This document shows, piece after piece, positions 59,816-64,000 of a stretch of 64,000 nt of DNA. Each line of letters begins with the position of its first letter. Positions within the stretch are counted from its first letter, which is position 1. This stretch comes from Azolla caroliniana (Eukaryota > Plantae > Polypodiophyta), in contig JBHGNT010000012.1 of NCBI GenBank assembly GCA_043228905.1, forward strand, positions 7,564,001 through 7,628,000. The letters run 5' to 3'. Under the pieces are notes generated by a model. That model had not been told where the DNA came from. It did no database searches and saw nothing but the letters and a program-made list of their open reading frames with translations. The translations under genes and the position numbers were made by a program.

Positions 59816-60605
59816 TGGCAAATAAATGGGTAGAATTATTTAAATGAGTATGTATGTTTTTTTGTGTGTTTTGTGATTTGTATCTCCTGAGAAACCCTCT
59901 TCCTTCCTTCTTGTGTGTTGTATTTCCTTTTTGAATTGTATAATGAATGAATGAATGAATGAATGTATATATATTGATTTTGCTAATATGTGTTTTGAGA
60001 TGGAAGTATGTATGTATGTATGTATGTATGTAATAACAACCCACAACTTTGTTAATGCCTTTATATATGTATGTATACACACACATTTTCAAAAAAATGA
60101 AAAAGAAAGAAGGGGAAAATAAATAAATAAATTCAATTTTCTATAAATTAATAATAATAAAATTTGGAAAAACAAAAAGCCTTTGAGAGATAAAATCCCT
60201 CACAAAACATTTTGGTCTTATTTCCATTTTCAAGCCCCCTTTTTTAAGATTTTATTATTAGATTACCCCCCCCCCCATAAATAAATAAGAAAAAAAAAAA
60301 CAAAAAGGAAAAGAGGAGGAAGTTCAGCACAAAGGAGAGCTTCTTTTTTTCTTTTCAAATCTCGTGCCATGACCACGAAACCTAAGAAAAGAAGCCAATA
60401 GCAAATCTTCTTATTATTATTTGTCATTACTTTATCGATCGTTTGATCGAGACACACACACACACGAGAGAGAGAATCGGGCGATAAAATAGTGTCGTCT
60501 CTACAAAAGTCCAATATGACCATTGGGACCAAAAAGAGGAAGGAAACATTTTGAATGTCATTATGGTGTGCTGCCTGTGGAGAGTTGATGAAGTGACTTG
60601 ATTGT

Positions 60606-61091
60606 TTGACTGCTCTCATCATCATCGTTAGTGGAAATCGGGAAAATGCTCCGAAAGAGTGTCACAAAAGCTTAAATGACCAATCGCGAAAGGGAATAAA
60701 GCACTCCCTCCAAAAGTATAAGTTATAACATTGTCTCCACAAAACGATATAAAACATTGCGTTTGCTTTTATCTTCGTATTTCAGTTGATTCGTTGAACG
60801 TTATTGCCTTTCTAGGCAATCATCGTTGACATTCGCAAAACTTCGTCACAAGCTCTTGGAAACTTCCACAAATACATGAAGGCCAAAACTATCGAGAATC
60901 ATAATAGTTAGATAGTAAATATTCTTTTTAAAAATCATTTTATTATTTATTTATTTATTTATATATTCGGGTATTATCGGAATCCCCCAGATACTTGAGT
61001 CAATTTTTTAAGCCATTGAAAAGTATGTTTAGTCTTTTCGAAAAACCGAGTGCGTCTATTTGGTCAATAAAGTGAGAGCTGAGCCTTGACC
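60606..61091. promoter_or_regulatory. Cluster of four W-boxes upstream of the WRKY gene
   Basis: TTGACT 60606, AGTCAA 60998, GGTCAA 61062, TTGACC 61086. Confidence 0.45.
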
Positions 61092-61299
61092 TCAGTCTCT
61101 CTTAGAAACTCTGCTTCTCTCAAATATTGTCCTTCACTCTCCATTTCCGTGACCCGTATGCCATGTTCCTAGACTCTTGAACTCGTTATATATACATATT
61201 TGATTCTTTTATCGGCTCTCATATTTTGCGTTTCCAAATTTCTTAAACCTATTTTCCGCAAAAGCTTTTGTGAGGATATATAATCACTTTTTAATAGTC

Positions 61300-62070
61300 T
61301 TCAATTTTTATATACTTTAGATCTATGACCTATTCAATCACCTTTTCATGGACATAATTACATGGAACTTCTATGTTTTTCGTCTTCATGTAAAAAACAA
61401 AATTTGCCAACACATTAGAGCTTGTATTATCTCAACATGTTTGAGTGGGGCTTTCCATAGCAACTCCACAATCTCCAAGCAACTTCTCCATCCACAAAAC
61501 TTTGCAAATTCCTTGTGCATTGAATTTGTATTTACATTATGCTTCTTCGACACTCACTCACTGTTGGTTGCATTGGTTGCTTCGTCGACACTCATTCACT
61601 GTTGCATTACTGAATGAGTAAACTAGTTGACAAATGTTTTTTTTTAATGCTTTACCTCATACCCAATCAATAGGAACATTTATGTAACTCAAGCAATAAT
61701 TTATTGTTAACATACATCAACACAAAATTTAGTATATTTTTATATACCAAAAGATTCTCTTAAGTGTAACCATGTGTGCATATTTACGTGCTTGCATAAC
61801 TTTATTGACAATGCTAACAACATATCCAATTTTGGTCTTGAAATGGTAAGAAAAGTAAACTCCCGTACCATTTGATGATATATTTTTTGTGTATTCTGAT
61901 AAAAATTCTTCTTTGCCATGAAGATTCATGCATTTTAATAGGTTTAGAATCATGCATACCAAATTGCTTCAACATAATCAACACATACTTTTTGTAACAT
62001 AACATGAGACACTTCAGACATTTTGTAACTTCCAAACCAAGAAAATACCTTATTTCTCCAGGAGGGTGTG
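61300..62070 (-). mobile_element. Decayed Copia RT/RNase H remnant
   Basis: GEIRYFLGLEV..KKYV..MLKQFGMHDSKP (62060-61940) and FYMKTKNIEVPCNYVHEK (~61400-61345). Confidence 0.65.
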
Positions 62071-64000
62071 CTAATGTGTAGATAGGGGAATGGAATGAAT
62101 GAATGTGTGAGAGATTGGGTGGGTGAATAACTAAGGAATTAGATGAGAGAATGGAGTTGTAAATGAGCAAATGAGAAGATAGACAGGTAGGGTATATATA
62201 TAAGGGGGTGAACAATCGAGACACAATCTTAGGGTTTAGGTGTGAGGAATTGAGCATGATCAAATAAATGAGGAAAACTAGGAAAGATAAGATGCCCAAG
62301 TAGCCAGAACCCACGGGCATGAGGTGAGAGTTGAGAGGGATGCAATGGAGATACAGAGAACTAGACAAAATGACTAGAAAAATGTCAAAACAATGATGAT
62401 TAAGACAATGGCTTGACATCTAATGGCTAACATTAATCTATTTGAGATGACCCTCATTTATACTTGCAAATTACAATGCATGTATCCTCTCATAACTTTA
62501 CAACACCATCAAGCACGACATATCGAATACACTTCACTTAAAATGGTATTATAAATACTTGGTGCACAGTACTTGTTTCGATCCATATAAAGCTTTTTTT
62601 TTAGCTTGCACATAAGATTATCAACACCACATACATATCCTGCTGGATTTTGTTAGTTTATATTTTCATTCAAGCTATCATTTTAAAATGCGATGCTGAA
62701 ATGCATTTGATGGACTTCTAATTTCAGTAACTATAAGTAATTATTATACTAGACAATTCATTAGCATATGAAATGTTTCCTTGTAATCCAAAACCATAAG
62801 TTTGAGGATAGCCGTTTGCAAACAGCTCTAGACGCATATTTGTAATTATATTCCATTCAAGCTTTATAAACTATATGCAACCTTTGTTTTGGACCATGAT
62901 TTCTAAACACGAATTCATATGTGCTTACAATAAATGAATTTCTTCATGCACTTCTTCTTGTCATTTGTATTTATTTTTACTAAATGGAACCTCATTAGAA
63001 CTTAGTTTTATGCAATATCCAAACGTTTGCATAAATGAGCACTAAACGTATCCACATGTTTTCTTGATTGTTGTGATCTACACATGTGGCTCAAGGACCA
63101 CTTCACGATTGTTATCAAGGTCAACAACTTTTGTTTTTAGGCCTTTGTTTTTTTCTTGTTTAGCTTCTGAATTCCTTTCATAGCTTCTTCTTATGTTTGG
63201 TGTACTTTCAACTTATACTTCATTCATGTCTTGGAAGCGACATCACGAAAGACATAACACCATTTCCTTCTAGATCATAGCACTGACATGCATTTCTATA
63301 TTATCAAATCCCAAAAGTATAAATACAATTTATGTTTTTCCATGGAGCTTATTTCCTAACATGACCAATGCACATGCACATGACATACACATTCAAACTC
63401 TTTTTAACCATGAGGTCAAAACTTTCTTCATTACTTACATTGAGCATCATTCTTAATGATTATAGTTGGCATTTTGTTACCCCAGCCTACATTCAATGCA
63501 TAAAGTTATGTATATGCCCAAGAAACACCTTTTTTACATTCACCATATTGTGGCTCTCACACACTCTAAGATATGTGAATTTGTTTTGTTTGTCGACTCT
63601 ATCCATATGAGGAGTATACGTTGGTGTTATTATTTCGTTCATTTTCAAATAAATGCAAATTTATCCATTTGGGACATTTTCACCATTAACATCACTTCTC
63701 AAACCCTTCAAATTTTCTGCATCCGTCAATTTTTTTGCTATGGATTCTAAATAAAGAAACTGTTTGAAACATGACACCTTTATTTCTCCTGAAGCACATA
63801 TAGAAATCACGCAAGAAATATTTTCAATATGTAGCAAAACACCTGGATCTTGCAAATACTCAAGTTCTCGTGATGGGTATCAAATATGTGTATGCACATG
63901 CTCAAGAGAATGTTTTGCAAATGTAACTTTTTAACGACTTCATATTTTTATGTGAGTTTAGCTTTAGAACATGCTTCACATGTATTGATTACTTTGACTT

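Noticed and set aside
59354-59825. Plus-strand ORFs of 124 and 152 aa opposite WRKY exon 1
   Set aside because: Shadow frames of GC-rich low-complexity coding sequence; no domain.
62400-64000. Possible Copia gag/integrase remnant on the minus strand
   Set aside because: Too degraded to find a diagnostic motif by eye; needs a TE library search.

Overview
Plant nuclear DNA, probably a fern (inferred from the PLS-PPR motif style and retroelement types; not provable from this window). 1-4.1 kb: an organellar RNase II (RNR1-like) gene on the minus strand with 13 exons in the window, running off the left edge. 4.4-35.2 kb: a retrotransposon nest whose order can be read from target-site duplications (TSDs). 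It holds a decayed L1-type LINE ending in a (GA)n tail, and a Copia (11899-34147) that split an older LINE. That Copia was hit three times by one Ty3/Gypsy chromovirus family (14076-20544, 22763-31312, solo LTR 32636-33087), and a second Copia (24001-28570) sits inside the middle copy. 35.4-60 kb: a gene-rich segment with intronless NFXL1, a 3-exon LURP-one-related gene, a PLS-class PPR gene and a group-IIc-like WRKY. The most striking observation is that the PPR gene has an upstream exon 3.5 kb away. When spliced, it reconstitutes an OSB-type PDF motif (organellar ssDNA-binding module) fused to the N-terminus of a 20-motif PLS array with a decayed E tail, no DYW domain and no obvious transit peptide. 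All alignments and counts were done by eye.
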